Assembly: GCA_964016885.1 (NCBI GenBank)
Contig: OZ024741.1
Coordinates: 380,432,001-380,496,000 of the forward strand
Source of the DNA: Eledone cirrhosa
Lineage: Eukaryota
Length of the DNA stretch: 64,000 nucleotides
Reading direction: 5' to 3'
The notes beneath the pieces were generated by a model. The model had not been told where the DNA came from, did not search any database, and was given only the letters and a program-made list of their open reading frames with translations. Shown here one piece after another: positions 1 through 11,860 of the stretch; position 1 is the stretch's first letter; each line of letters begins with the position of its first letter. The translations under genes and the position numbers were made by a program.

Positions 1-731
1 AGCTTTCTTTTTGGTGCCTGTTTCATTACGGCCACACTTCTCACCAATGACATAATCATTTTCCCTAACACACTGCCTAACAATCCTGAACACTTCATAT
101 TTCTGGTCTTCATGCAGCAAAAAAATTATCATCTAGCTTCCCTACTGGCCTCTATATAGTGTACTCTGCTTCCCTCCGTTCTTCTATTTTTACATGCCTG
201 TCTCTTGGCCTTAATTTTCACATCTACCTTATTGTTCCACCACCAATTCCCTCTCCTTCTCTCTGTAGCCCTGCTCCATCCACAAATCTCATCTGTCAAC
301 TTCAGTAGATTATCTTTCAGGATCTCCATATGCTCTTCTATATTGAGTGTCTCTATCTGTTCTTTTTATAGCCGTAGGCTTCTGGCAAAATATCTCTAAA
401 TTTGTTACTGGTTGAAAGCTCTTTCAACATATTCTTCACCTAATGTTGCCCTCTTTTTCCAAGTTCCTCAAGTTCTGACAATGAAATCGATAACTACTAG
501 GTTATGTTTAGAGGTGCATTCCTCACCAGAGAAGGATTTTTTGTTTATCACCAGCACTCTATCTCATCCCCTGGTAAGGATAAAATTTATCTGCCTAGCA
601 CATTAACTAGATATGTAGATGATCAGGAGGTTGTCAAGTTTTAAGAAGTTTCATATATATCAATATACCATTAATGTCACAGAATTGTAGGAACCTGAAA
701 CCTTCTTCAATTCTTGTGCCAAACTCATAGA
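1..731 (-). mobile_element. RTE-clade LINE fragment (APE endonuclease end and linker), decayed
   Basis: Minus-strand translation LLKLTDEICGWS..WWWNNKV..IKAKRQA aligns by eye with the RTE LINE at about 40400-41220. Confidence 0.85.
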
Positions 732-929
732 CATTGGAAAAATATGTGAAGAGTTCTACAGAATCTATGAGTTTGGTACAAGAATTGAAGAACGTTTCAG
801 GCTCTTACAATTCTGTGACATTAATGATATATCGATATATATCAAACTTCATAAAATATAACAAACTTCATATATATTCTTTAACGATCGATTTCGTCAA
901 ATCGGACCGAGAAATCATTGTGTCCATTA

Positions 930-1096
930 GTATTACCAGTTGCTAGTACTATCTATCAGTCGCAACTCCAGGTAGAAGGAGTAACGTGAAATAAAGTGTC
1001 TTGCTCAAGGACATAATGCATCGCCTGGTCCAGTAATCAAACTCACAACCTCACGATTGCAAATGCAATTCTCTAACCACTCAGCGACACGCCTTC
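930..1096 (-). mobile_element. tRNA-derived SINE with CORE-like central motif
   Basis: Minus strand: A-box-like TCGCTGAGTGG, degenerate B box, then TGTCCTTGAGCAAGACACTT; similar to 58381-58655 and 58965-59122. Confidence 0.7.
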
Positions 1097-1683
1097 ATAT
1101 ATATATATATATATGTTAATTTTATTGTTCATTTTTTGTCGATTCTATTGAATGATGAATAGCTCCTGTTTATTTTAACATGTCTATCGAGCACTCTTAT
1201 TCGATATGTGTATTCCACATTCCCGATTATCTTTCGCGAATATAGAGGTTATCTCCCTTGCTAGACTCCATGTGCGTTTAGCTATAGTTAATTTCTTCAT
1301 TCGTCGGACAATGGCCCGTTGATAAAGTTATTCCGGTCCCTCTTCTCCCTAGAAGTCTTATATATTTTTATGTGGGCTGATAGGGGGCGGATTAAGGAAT
1401 AGCAGAAACCCAAGAAGCTAGATTTACCACCTTTCTAGTGGGTCCGGGTAAGTTTTTTACATTCATATGATTTATTGATTTATTGATATTTTATCTGAGT
1501 GACCCGAATCTTCCTGGTCGTTATTTTTCGGCTGCACGGGTGATTTTAGGCATAATCTTTGTGTGTTGGTATCTTAACGATAGTTATAGCTCTGATTTAT
1601 CTGAATTATTGAGCCCTCTGCCACTCATGTCGGATTTTGTTTATCGTAAATTCGTGAGCTGATTTTCCGATACTCGATTATTC

Positions 1684-1783
<100 letters not shown>

Positions 1784-3540
1784 ACATGAATCAAAGTTCT
1801 GTTTAAATCATTTATTTGCTTACAAATGTTGCTTCCAAACCGACGTTTGAAGTCTTCGGAGCAATTATTCAGTGATTTTTTTACATACTTGACCCCCTTT
1901 TCAACACAAGAGACATGTAGAAACATATTTATACATATTGACCCACAGTGGGTTGACATCCATTATAATAATATAGCATGGCAATTTACATACAAAGATT
2001 ACAGTCATATTAAAGGACAAAGTTAAAGTTAAAATTAAAATTAAAATAAAACATTGGCAGTATACGAAGATAAAGCAAAAGGATAGTTTGGAGTAGCCAG
2101 TGTATGCAACAGTCACACGTGAGGCATGCACGCGTGTCCTATTTATACAAGATTATAGTGCGGCAGATTGTTACATGTAAAACAAGCAGTCAAAGCAGGC
2201 AATCAAGAGCAATATGGGGGCTGTACTGGTAAATCATTTTTCACACACACCTGTACAATATAGAAGCCCGTGTGTAGAGAAACACCAAAAATATCAAAAA
2301 TATTACAAATGAGAAGCAAAACAGCACCACTGTCCTCACACACACCACCACTCTCACAATCCAGGAAACGCAATTTATAGACTACATGTCCATCACACAA
2401 TCCACGATGATTCAACATTGGGTGCCTGGTGAACCATGTTAGAATATCACAGCTTGTCGTTCTCTAATTCTATTCTATAGAGCAGGTTGTTTTTGTTGTG
2501 AGAGTTGACATCGTATTATATTCCGGAAGTGTGTGTGTGATTAAGGGGAGTTAATGCGTAAGGGGAGGTAACTAGCTGATTTCTATAGCTAAATTTATTA
2601 TCCTAAAGTACATTAATGGTGTCTCAAATGAGTACCTATCATATGGGGTTATAAACACTTTCTAAATTTAAGTATCCTATCTATAAATTACAGTGTAGTC
2701 TATCAAGAAGTACTAAAGGTGTTCATATTAGGATGATTACCTTCTATCATAGAGTGCCACAACCGAATATTCTACATGAAGAGTCAGATCTCCAAATCAA
2801 TGATCTTTGTAAGTGTAGTCCACCCTCAGAACCTGGCAGGGTCTTATTAGAAACACTTCTATATATGACTCCTGGTAAGCTCTGGGTCATTGCATGTCTG
2901 ATTGCATGGCAAAGTTAAATATCACTAGAGTAGTCCAGAGATCAATTCTCACTTACAATGACACTAATCTGACCATCAAGTCATACATGTATGTATAACT
3001 GATACAACACCAGTAAATAATTCATTGCACTCCGCATATAGATAATATAGCTCTTTTATGTTAATAAATTAATTACTTAATATTCCATTTATCCAATGAT
3101 TGCACTCCATACACAGGACAATGTTAGAACCACCAATTCCGTGCTTAAAGTTTACATTAATTATATATTGGTGTAATGTAGCCTAAGTAATTGAAGGCCA
3201 ATATACCAAAAGTAGAAGTACATGGGGATATCTCTAGGGTAAAAGATACTAGGAGGATGTCACTATTTGCGTTAAAGTGGATTAATGGGTGTGGATATGG
3301 GGTGTAAGGTGTGCCCCTGATGTGTGTTGCTAGAGGTGGTGACGGGTGCAAGTCTGACATTGTTATATATTGGGTTTAAAGTTTTGGAAGGAGTCTCGGA
3401 AGCGGTGTTGGCAAGACGCGAACACTTCTGATTTTTTATTAAGGAGGTTATGGTTTGAGAAGATGATAGTATGGGTCTCTAGTAGACAGAGGTTACAACA
3501 TTTATTAGGTGATTTGTACGATGTCGCGTTACCTATCACT

Positions 3541-4115
3541 AACCCTAATAACAATAGAAATAATAGTAATAGCACTAGCGTAAACAATAACGCTGGGAAC
3601 GACAACCCACATAACCATAATCATATAGCTACCATCCAGACTTCTACACAACATAATAACCGGCAGACTAATACCCAGAATAATTGTAACTGTAGATCAA
3701 ATAGAACCTGCCCTTTAGATAAAAAATGCTTAATCAAGGATATTATATACTCATGCACAGTCACAACTAGCAACTCTTCTGAAACCTATATAGACTCTAC
3801 TTCAAACTGCTTCATAACCAGATACAATTCGCACCTCCACTCTTTCAAAAAACACAGTCTAGCCAACTCCACTTCACTATCTAGCTACATACACTATCTA
3901 AAAACTAAAAATAAACCATATACACTTAAATGGGAAGTGATAGGTAACGCGACATCGTACAAACCACCTAATACATTTTGTAACCTCTGTCTACTAGAGA
4001 CCCATACTATCATCTTCTCAAACCATAACCTCCTTAATAAAAAAAATCAGAATTTTTTGCGTCTTGCCAACACCGCTTCCGACACTCCTTCCAAAACTTT
4101 AAACCCAATATATAA
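3541..4115 (+). pseudogene. PLE GIY-YIG endonuclease remnant
   Basis: CNCRSNRTCPL..CL..IIYSC..ETYIDST..RYNSH..W..CNLCLLE..LLNKK. The right arm is frameshifted in an A-run; the left arm keeps LNKKSEVFASCQHR. Confidence 0.9.
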
Positions 4116-5608
4116 CAATGTCAGACTTGAACCCGTCACCACCTCTAGCAACAAACATCAGGGGCACACCTTACACCCCATCCCACACCCATTAATCCAC
4201 TTTAACGCAAATAGTGACATCCTCCTAGTACCTTTTACCCTAGAGATATCCCCATGTACTTCTACTTTTGGTATATTGGCCTTCAATTACTTAGACTACA
4301 TTACACCAATATATAATTAATGTAAACTTTAAGCACGGAATTGGTTGTGCTCACATTGTCCTGTGTATGGAGTGCCATCATTGAATAAATGGAAGATTAA
4401 GTAATTCATTTATTAACATAAAAGAGCTATATAATCTATATGCTGAGTGCAATGAATTATGTACAGGTGATGTATGAGTTATACATACATGTATGACTTG
4501 ATGGTCAGATTAGTGTCATTGTAAGTGAGAATTGATCTCTGGACTACTCTAGTGATATTTAACTTTGCCATGCAATAAGACATGCAATGACCCAGAGCTT
4601 ACCAGGAGTCATATATAGAAGTGATTCTAATAATACCCTGCCAGGTTCTGCGAGTGGACTACACTTACAAAGATCATTGATTTGGGGATCTGACTCTTCA
4701 TGTAGAATATTCGTTTGGGGCACTCTATGATAGAAGGTAATCATCCTAATATGAACACCTTTAGTACTTCTTGATAGACTACACTGTAATTTATAGATAG
4801 GATACTTAAATTTAGAAAGTGTTTATAACCTCATATGATAGGGACTCATTTGAGACACCATTAATGTACTTTAGGATAATAAATTTAGCTATAGAAATCA
4901 GCTAGTTACCTCCCCTTACGCATTAACTCCCCTTAATCACACACACACTTCCGGAATATAATACGATGTCAACACTCACAACAAAAACAACCTGCTCTAT
5001 AGAATAGAATTAGAGAACGACAAGCTGTGATATTCTAACATGGTTCACCAGGCACCCAATGTTGAATCATCGTGGATTGTGTGATGGACATGTAGTCTAT
5101 AAATTGCGTTTCCTGGATTGTGAGAGTGGTGGTGTGTGTGAGGACAGTGGTGCTGTTTTGCTTCTCATTTGTAATATTTTTGATATTTTTGGTGTTTCTC
5201 TACACACGGGCTTCTATATTGTATAGGTGTGTGTGAAAAATGATTTACCAGTACAGCCCCCATATTGCTCTTGATTGCCTGCTTTGACTGCTTGTTTTAC
5301 ATGTAACAATCTGCCGCACTATAATCTTATATAAATAGGACACGCGTGCATGCCTCACGTGTGACTGTTGCATACACTGGCTACTCCAAACTATCCTCTT
5401 GCTTTATCTTCGTATACTGCCAATGTTTTATTTTAATTTTAATTTTAACTTTAACTTTGTCCTTTAATATGACTGTAATCTTTGTATGTAAATTGCCATG
5501 CTATATTATTATAATGGATGTCAACCCACTGTGGGTCAATATATATAAATATGTTTCTATATGTCTCTTGTGTTGAAAAGGTCAAGTATGTAAAAAATCA
5601 CTGAATAA

Positions 5609-5657
5609 TTGCTCCGAAGACTTCAAACCTCGGTTTGGAAGAAACAATTGTAAGCAA
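5609..5657 (+). ncRNA. Type I hammerhead ribozyme motif, CCGAAGA (U4C) core
   Basis: Stem I TTGCT/AGCAA, core CCGAAGA, stem II hairpin 5621-5640, GAAAC-AATT-GTA with palindromic stem III; a more decayed copy lies at about 1816-1864 (-). Confidence 0.75.
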
Positions 5658-6020
5658 ATAAATGATTTAAACAGAACTTTGATTCATGTAATTTCTCTAT
5701 AACTGCTCTGTAAAACAACTGATGTTGTTACATTGAGCTATTTATCTTACTGGTAATAAGATAGTAATAAATTACTGTCTTTCACTATTTAGGGTTTAAA
5801 ATATATTTAACTATAAAAAGATTTTAGTATATACATAACCATAAATAGTATCCATAATACTATATATATATATATATATATACAAAACTTCTATGCTTAC
5901 ATATGTGTTATCTTTGTGTGTATTTATATGTATGTACATATGCATATATACAAATATGTGCATATATATGAATAAACACGTGTGTGTGTGTGGGTATATA
6001 TATATATATATATATATATA

Positions 6021-6320
6021 TCATCATCATCATCATCATCATTTTAAGTCCGCTTTTCCCTGCTTGCAAGGGTGGGACAGGTCCTATTCAGCACAGCATC
6101 TCTCCGTTCGTCACGGTCCTTCGTCATCTCCTCCGTTAGCTTCAGCGATCTGAGATCAGCTCTCACCACCTCCACCCATGTTTTTCATGGTTTTCCTCTA
6201 CTTCATCTTCCTTTTACTGGGATTTCTTGGCACTTCTTTACCCAGTGGTCATCATCCATGGCGCATCACATGTCCATACCAACGCAGTCTTCTCTCCCGC
6301 ATACTACAGCTTATTCTTCT
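6021..6320 (-). mobile_element. RTE LINE 3' end with (GAT)n tail
   Basis: Minus translation RGKP.KTWVEVVRADLRSLKLTEEMTKDRD; same family as 47481-48035. Confidence 0.8.
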
Positions 6321-6644
6321 TATATATATATATATATATATACTATAAAGCTGACAGCCGTATGTAGGTAACAAACTTTCCGCCAAACGGCTGGACCCAA
6401 CAGGACAAAATTTGCACCAGAGATGTAACTTTTTCCAAGTAAAAAAGTAAGGGCATTTTTGTCTCCTGAATTTTGTTAAATGATTAAAGACATTATTTAA
6501 ATATTCACTTCTTTAAAATTTCAAATGTCAACATTTCCGGTTATACTCCATTACCCCTCTTTTTCTTAGTCTGTATGTCTGGCTGTCTGCATTAGTTAAC
6601 GTTTTTCGAAATATTTACTTCTGCGTTCACAGACGGATTTTTTT

Positions 6645-6697
6645 AAGTTTCAGAAGATCCCGTTAAGGGTGAAAGCAGCAATTCTTTGCTTAAACTT
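6645..6697 (+). ncRNA. HHR-like motif, CAGAAGA (U4A) core
   Basis: Stem I AAGTTT/AAACTT, stem II CCC-GTTAA-GGG, GAAA, stem III AGCA/TGCT, CUU site; copies at 53419-53469 (-) and 62841-62891 (-). Confidence 0.6.
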
Positions 6698-6707
6698 TAA
6701 TCTGTTA

Positions 6708-6748
<41 letters not shown>

Positions 6749-6809
6749 GTGTACAGATATTTTTGCATACACAAAAACAAAAATTTATTTCACGAAAGCG
6801 CAGATGGCT

Positions 6810-7350
6810 TATCGTCATTGTTACTGTTCGAGGTTAGAGGACCACAGTCTTTCCAAGATCTGAGAACCATCAATGGTCATCAATGTTCCCCTTACCATTT
6901 GGCTTGCCAGATGCATGGTATGTTACACGATGACAGCCATTGGCAGCTCACTCTGCAAGAAGCAGCAACTGCTAAAGTCCCTTCTCAGCTGAAAAAAAAT
7001 GTTGCTATTATGCTGCACAACTGCGATCTCACCGACCCTCTCGCAATGTGGAACAACCACCGCGAAAGTCTAGCTGAGGACATCCTCCACCGCACACGCA
7101 TACACAATCCAAATGTAACATACGATGTCGTTTTCAATGAGGTGCTCATTTGTCTTGAAAACAGCTTACCTACTCCTGACAGGAGTGTCCAGAGTTCAAC
7201 GTTTACAGAGCTTCGCGAAACGAGCTACGAGATCAGTGATTCTCCTATGATCAATCGTACGTAGGATGCTCTAGGGTGAGCTCGCCAAACAATCTCTTCA
7301 TCTTTGCTCCGGAGGGCCGAACAAAAATATTGTATACGTTGAGGCTCTAA
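6810..7350 (+). pseudogene. Helitron Rep/helicase remnant
   Basis: Rep-Hel linker motifs fused directly to the C-terminal YVGCSRV..TK.IVY segment, so most of the Pif1-type helicase is missing. Confidence 0.85.
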
Positions 7351-7613
7351 CAATGTAATTTAAATATTTTCTGTTACTTGGAATTTCCATAATGGTTGTA
7401 CAAATTATTGTTTCTTAAAAAATGTGTTCTCTGTTCAGCCTTTATTGTTGTAACTATCAATTTTCTTTAACTTACTGGCTGCTGATCTGGGGAATCCTAA
7501 AAACTATTCAAACCCAACATCAGAGCACGTTAACCCCCCACCCCCGACTTGATAGGGTGTGCGGTATCTTTGCACCAGAGTGTAGGAAGGATTCCTGAAT
7601 AGATAAAAGCTAG

Positions 7614-7698
<85 letters not shown>
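7614..7698. repeat. (TA)n microsatellite
   Basis: Seen directly. Confidence 0.98.
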
Positions 7699-7704
<6 letters not shown>

Positions 7705-7835
7705 GTGAGGTTTTTTTTACAAAATGAAAAATAACCGAGGTGTCCTACACGAGTGGAAGTATAAAGAAAAAGGGATGAAATCGAAAATGCAACTGAAGTC
7801 TTATTTTTTTTTTAAATATATATATTTATTTGGTT

Positions 7836-7873
7836 CCTTTACCGGTTTCGCAGTTCTTCTGCTTTTCAAAAGG
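7836..7873 (-). ncRNA. Minimal type I HHR, UUGAAAA (U3-A8) core
   Basis: Reverse complement of 7956-7993. Confidence 0.8.
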
Positions 7874-7955
7874 TGAGTTGAGATGGAGGGTCTGTGGTTT
7901 TTCTCACATCGTACGTAGGATGTGAGAAAAACCACAGACCCTCCATCTCAACTCA

Positions 7956-7993
7956 CCTTTTGAAAAGCAGAAGAACTGCGAAACCGGTAAAGG
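7956..7993 (+). ncRNA. Minimal type I HHR, UUGAAAA (U3-A8) core
   Basis: CCTT-TTGAAAA-GCAG AAGAA CTGC-GAAAC CG GTA-AAGG; palindromic ACCGGT stem III, GUA site. Confidence 0.8.
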
Positions 7994-8062
7994 AACCAAA
8001 TAAATATATATATTTTTTAAAAAAATAAGACTTCAGTTGCATTTTCGATTTCATCCCTTTTT

Positions 8063-8152
<90 letters not shown>

Positions 8153-8547
8153 CCCACCCTTGCAAGCAGGGAAAAGTAGACGTGAAATGATGATGATGAT
8201 GATGATGATGATGACGATGATGATTATATATATATATATATATATGTTTATTTATATTTTCGAAAATGTTTCTATACCTCCTTGTTGTTGAGTAAAACTG
8301 ACAGGTTAGTTGGTGAGCTATTTCTAGAGCTTCTTGTAACTTGACGCCAGACCACCTGTTACTTTTCCTCATACTGGATAGTAAGTACATGATCTTTTTG
8401 CATAAAAAAAAAACACTTATATTGTGGTCATGTGAGGGGTTTGTCTTTTACTGCTGTTCTCATGATGTTAGACGTCTTACTAGTTAAGAATTTGGATGTT
8501 GGTCTTGCAGATTATCAATGCATAACTTTGTAAACTTAATTTATATA

Positions 8548-9130
8548 TCATCATGCTCATCATCGTTTAATGTCTATCTTCCATTCTAGCATGGGTTAGA
8601 CGGGTTTATCCCATTTAGAGGCAAATTAGGTTGGGTGAACGTGTCTCACTCATATAGGACTGTTTCTGGCTGGTTTTCTACCCTTCTTAATGCCACCCAC
8701 ATTTACAGTGTGTGCAGGGTTTATTTTGCCGTGTCTTTTACTTGACTACTTTACAGCGTGGGCTGGATAAGTTGTGATGCCAACATAACATACACACATA
8801 TATATATATCATGATAATGGTATATATATATGTCTATTTTCCACGCTAGTATTGGTTAGATGAGTTGTCCTGTTATGAGCAATCCTAGGTCAGGTGAACA
8901 TGTCTTGCTCATACAAGACTGATTCTAGCTTAGTTTCTACAGCTGGATGCCCTTCCTAATACCAACCTCATTTACAGTGAGTACTGGATGCATTTGGTCG
9001 TGACAACTACACGACCACCTTAGAGTGTGGGCTGGGGGCTTCACAGGATTCATTTAGTGTCCTTACGGGGATGTATGGGAGGATCGGTTGGGGCATACTG
9101 TATATATGCCTCGGCTTGTGCTCTGAGGAA
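8548..9130 (-). mobile_element. Two decayed RTE 3'UTR-derived copies
   Basis: Share GCTGGATGCCCTTCCTAA..CCAACC and (CAT)n CGTTTAA motifs with the 3' end of the RTE at 38336-38700. Confidence 0.7.
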
Positions 9131-9310
9131 GTCGATACAGTTCAAGATTAAAAATGATACATGCAATCTTTCTGCAGCTTTGCTTTCAGACTGAGAGTCT
9201 CTTCCTTTCACTACAACAGTAAAACTCAATTGGCTGTGAACCTAGCAGGAGGAATGTCCTGCAACGTCACACACACATACAGTCACACATATATATATAT
9301 ATATATATAT

Positions 9311-9414
9311 ATAGGAAAATAGTCAGGACCTCAATGGCTGAGGTTCAGGCATTTCGACAGCTAGATCTAGCTGTCGAAATGGCTAGAGCTCAGCCATCCT
9401 GACAGCTTTCCTAT
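9311..9414. repeat. Imperfect 104 bp palindrome with perfect 32 bp core
   Basis: CATTTCGACAGCTAGA|TCTAGCTGTCGAAATG at 9350-9381. Confidence 0.85.
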
Positions 9415-9513
9415 TATCCACTCTACTACCCTAAGTATTGAGTACTCTGCTGCGTTATGCTCCACTTGGTATTTTACCACACCCTCGTTGTTATATATAT
9501 ATATAGATAGATA

Positions 9514-9660
9514 GATGTGAGAAAAACCACAGACCCTCCATCTCAACTCACCTTTTGAAAAGCAGAAGAACTGCGAAACCGGTAAAGCAACCAAATAAAT
9601 ATATATATTTTTTTTTTAAATAAGACTCCAGTTGCATTTTCGATTTCATATCTTTTTCTT

Positions 9661-9664
<4 letters not shown>
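9514..9664 (+). mobile_element. Third, single-arm copy of the HHR-bearing unit of 7919-8069 (HHR 9551-9588)
   Basis: Near-identical to 7919-8069; (TA)n on both sides. Confidence 0.85.
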
Positions 9665-9696
<32 letters not shown>

Positions 9697-10550
9697 TTTA
9701 GTAAAATCGAAGCTTCAGCTGTAGCCAACCTGACGAGATACAATGAGGAAGTGTGCAGCCAAGCACTCAATGAGGAGTCTCAGAGTAATAACATTCATTC
9801 GACGGCATGACAAATTGAAAACTGTGGCCGACAAACCTAGCCACGACACCAAAGCAACGAGAAAACCAACAGATTAATAAAACAAACCTGGACCATCTCG
9901 GTGGTAGATCGTCGTTTCTCCGATAGGTTCCTATGAATTCCAAATCAACAATGCTACTTGCGTAAGTATGTAAGTTTTTGGTGTTTGAAGACCGAACTGG
10001 GGATTCATATTATCGACAGGTTTCTGTTATGTGCCTTGACCCGGTGTGGTAGGAAGTAGTAAGCCACTGTTGTTAGCAGTGGCTCATGCCTCAACTATCA
10101 CGTTCTTCTTCCCAAGGGAAATAACCCTGGGTTTTTTTTGGTGGGCAAATTCAAAATGTGGACAAGGGAATTGTGTTCCCTGCACAAACTGAATAAGAAG
10201 CACTTAACCAGTCATTAACTTTGCCTTTCATCCTTACGGGGTCGATAAAATAAAGTACCAGTAATGCACTGGGTAATTACTGGCCTTGTGCCAAAAGTAG
10301 AAACAATTATTATACACACATAAATAATTAATCAATCAATGGAATTGTCTAATTAAATTGATTATACATATATATATATAAAATGACTCAGAAAAACGAG
10401 TGCAGGGGTGGTTAGAGTTGGGGGAGTCTATGATGGAAATGACACATCCAATCTATGCATGTGTGGAAAAGAGAAGTTAAAAATGATAATGATGATGTTG
10501 ATGATGATATATATAAAAGTCCCACTGCATTGGACAATTATTTAATTTAA

Positions 10551-10737
10551 CTGTTTCTACTTTAGGCACAAGGCCAGCAATTATCCAGTGCATTACTGGT
10601 ACTTTATTTTATCGACCCCGTAAGGATGAAAGGCAAAGTCAACCTCGGCGGGATTTGAACTCAGATCGTAAAGGGACGTAACTATGCTGGAAAGCATGGC
10701 GTCCGACCCTCTACTGATACTGCCAATCCACCGCCCT
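10551..10737 (-). mobile_element. Full-length tRNA-like SINE (most abundant family in window) with TSD
   Basis: B box GAGTTCAAATCC, conserved GCCTTTCATCCTTACGGGGTCGATAAAATAAAGTACCAG body, TSD CAATTATTTAATTTAA at 10535 and 10738. Confidence 0.9.
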
Positions 10738-11658
10738 CAATTATTTAATTTAACAACACTGAATAATATATGATAAAGTTGACCACCTTGGGATATGATC
10801 TCAGAGCAGAGAGACTGCTGGACATTTTATTCAATGTTCTAATGGTTCTGTCAATTCATTACCTTATCTAACCAATGGTATACTCAAACAATCCAAACAG
10901 AAAATTCCATGTAAAATGGATGATTTATGTAAAGTGTATCAGTGGAATAAGAATGTCATAGTTCTCTTTCAAACTCTATAGGAATTGAGTCTAAGTAGCG
11001 TCAATTATAGAAGTCAAGGAGAAAGCAATAATTCTATTTTAACGAGAACTTTACCGATTTCGGAAAATATAACTGCATAAAAATACATCACATTATACAA
11101 TCTAAAAACTCATAACCAAAAGTAAATTGAATAAGCAATGATTCTTAAATTGCACAGTAAGCTTTCTTATATTTCTCTATCTATATTTATCTGTTTTTTC
11201 TTCTTAGTATTACTGGCAAAATTCATTAATAACTCTAAAAGTGATAGTACATTTCTTCTGCCTAATGATGGTGACAGTCTGAGATATTGTATTCAGGTTC
11301 ATATATACTGTTCCTTCATTTATCCTAATTGCATGACAATTACAGAAAATGCAACTTATTCTGTAACGATCTGCATAAGCAGAGATTAAACACCATCATT
11401 TTTCAGCTGAAAAATTCAATCATAGAAGCATTAGGTTATCAATACATTTTGAAAATTATGCATTTAATGGAAGCACATTAAAACAATACCTCAAGAAATG
11501 ATACATGACCTGGTAATGGAAGTAATGTTTATGTGCATAGAAGTACAGGAATAGTGTTGCATGCAAACGGTGGGTAGAGTGTTGATAATGAAAGTGGTGT
11601 TGTTAATGGTGGTGGTAGTGGTGGTGACACTGATGGTCGTGGTGGAGTATTATTATTA

Positions 11659-11860
11659 TTGGCAGTATTGGTAGAGGGTCGGACGCCATGCTTTCCAGCA
11701 TAGTTACGTCCCTTTATGATCTGAGTTCAAATCTCGCCGAGGTTGACTTTGCCTTTCATCCTTACGGGGTCCATAAAATAAAGTACCAGTAATGCACTGG
11801 GTAATTGCTGGCCTTGTGCCTAAAGTAGAAACAATTATTATTATTATTATTATTATTATT
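11659..11860 (+). mobile_element. Same SINE family, (ATT)n tail
   Basis: Matches 10551-10737; partial copies also near 10216, 28198, 51500, 58668, 60720 and 61035. Confidence 0.9.

Larger units (their letters stand above)
6340..7613 (+). mobile_element. Internally deleted Helitron with nested PLE pLTR fragment
   Basis: RepHel remnant LLLFEVRGPQSFQDLRTING..ACQMHGMLHDD..W..L.EA and helicase motif VI YVGCSRV near 7258; ends in CTAG|T at 7610-7613; 5' end approximate. Confidence 0.8.
7760..8069. mobile_element. 310 bp near-perfect palindrome; non-coding PLE-type pLTR fold-back
   Basis: Arms 7760-7910 and 7919-8069, centre GTACGTAG, HHR motif in each arm, (TA)n on both flanks. Confidence 0.85.

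Noticed and set aside
1147-1205. Degenerate HHR (ATGATGA..ATAG/CTAT..CGAG)
   Set aside because: Both core halves are mismatched, so support is too weak
3370-4320. 316 aa ORF as an intact gene
   Set aside because: It is a chimera of antisense inverted arm, endonuclease remnant and frameshifted 3' UTR
9730-9830. CTGACGA as an HHR core
   Set aside because: No compatible GAAA, stem III or stem I found by eye
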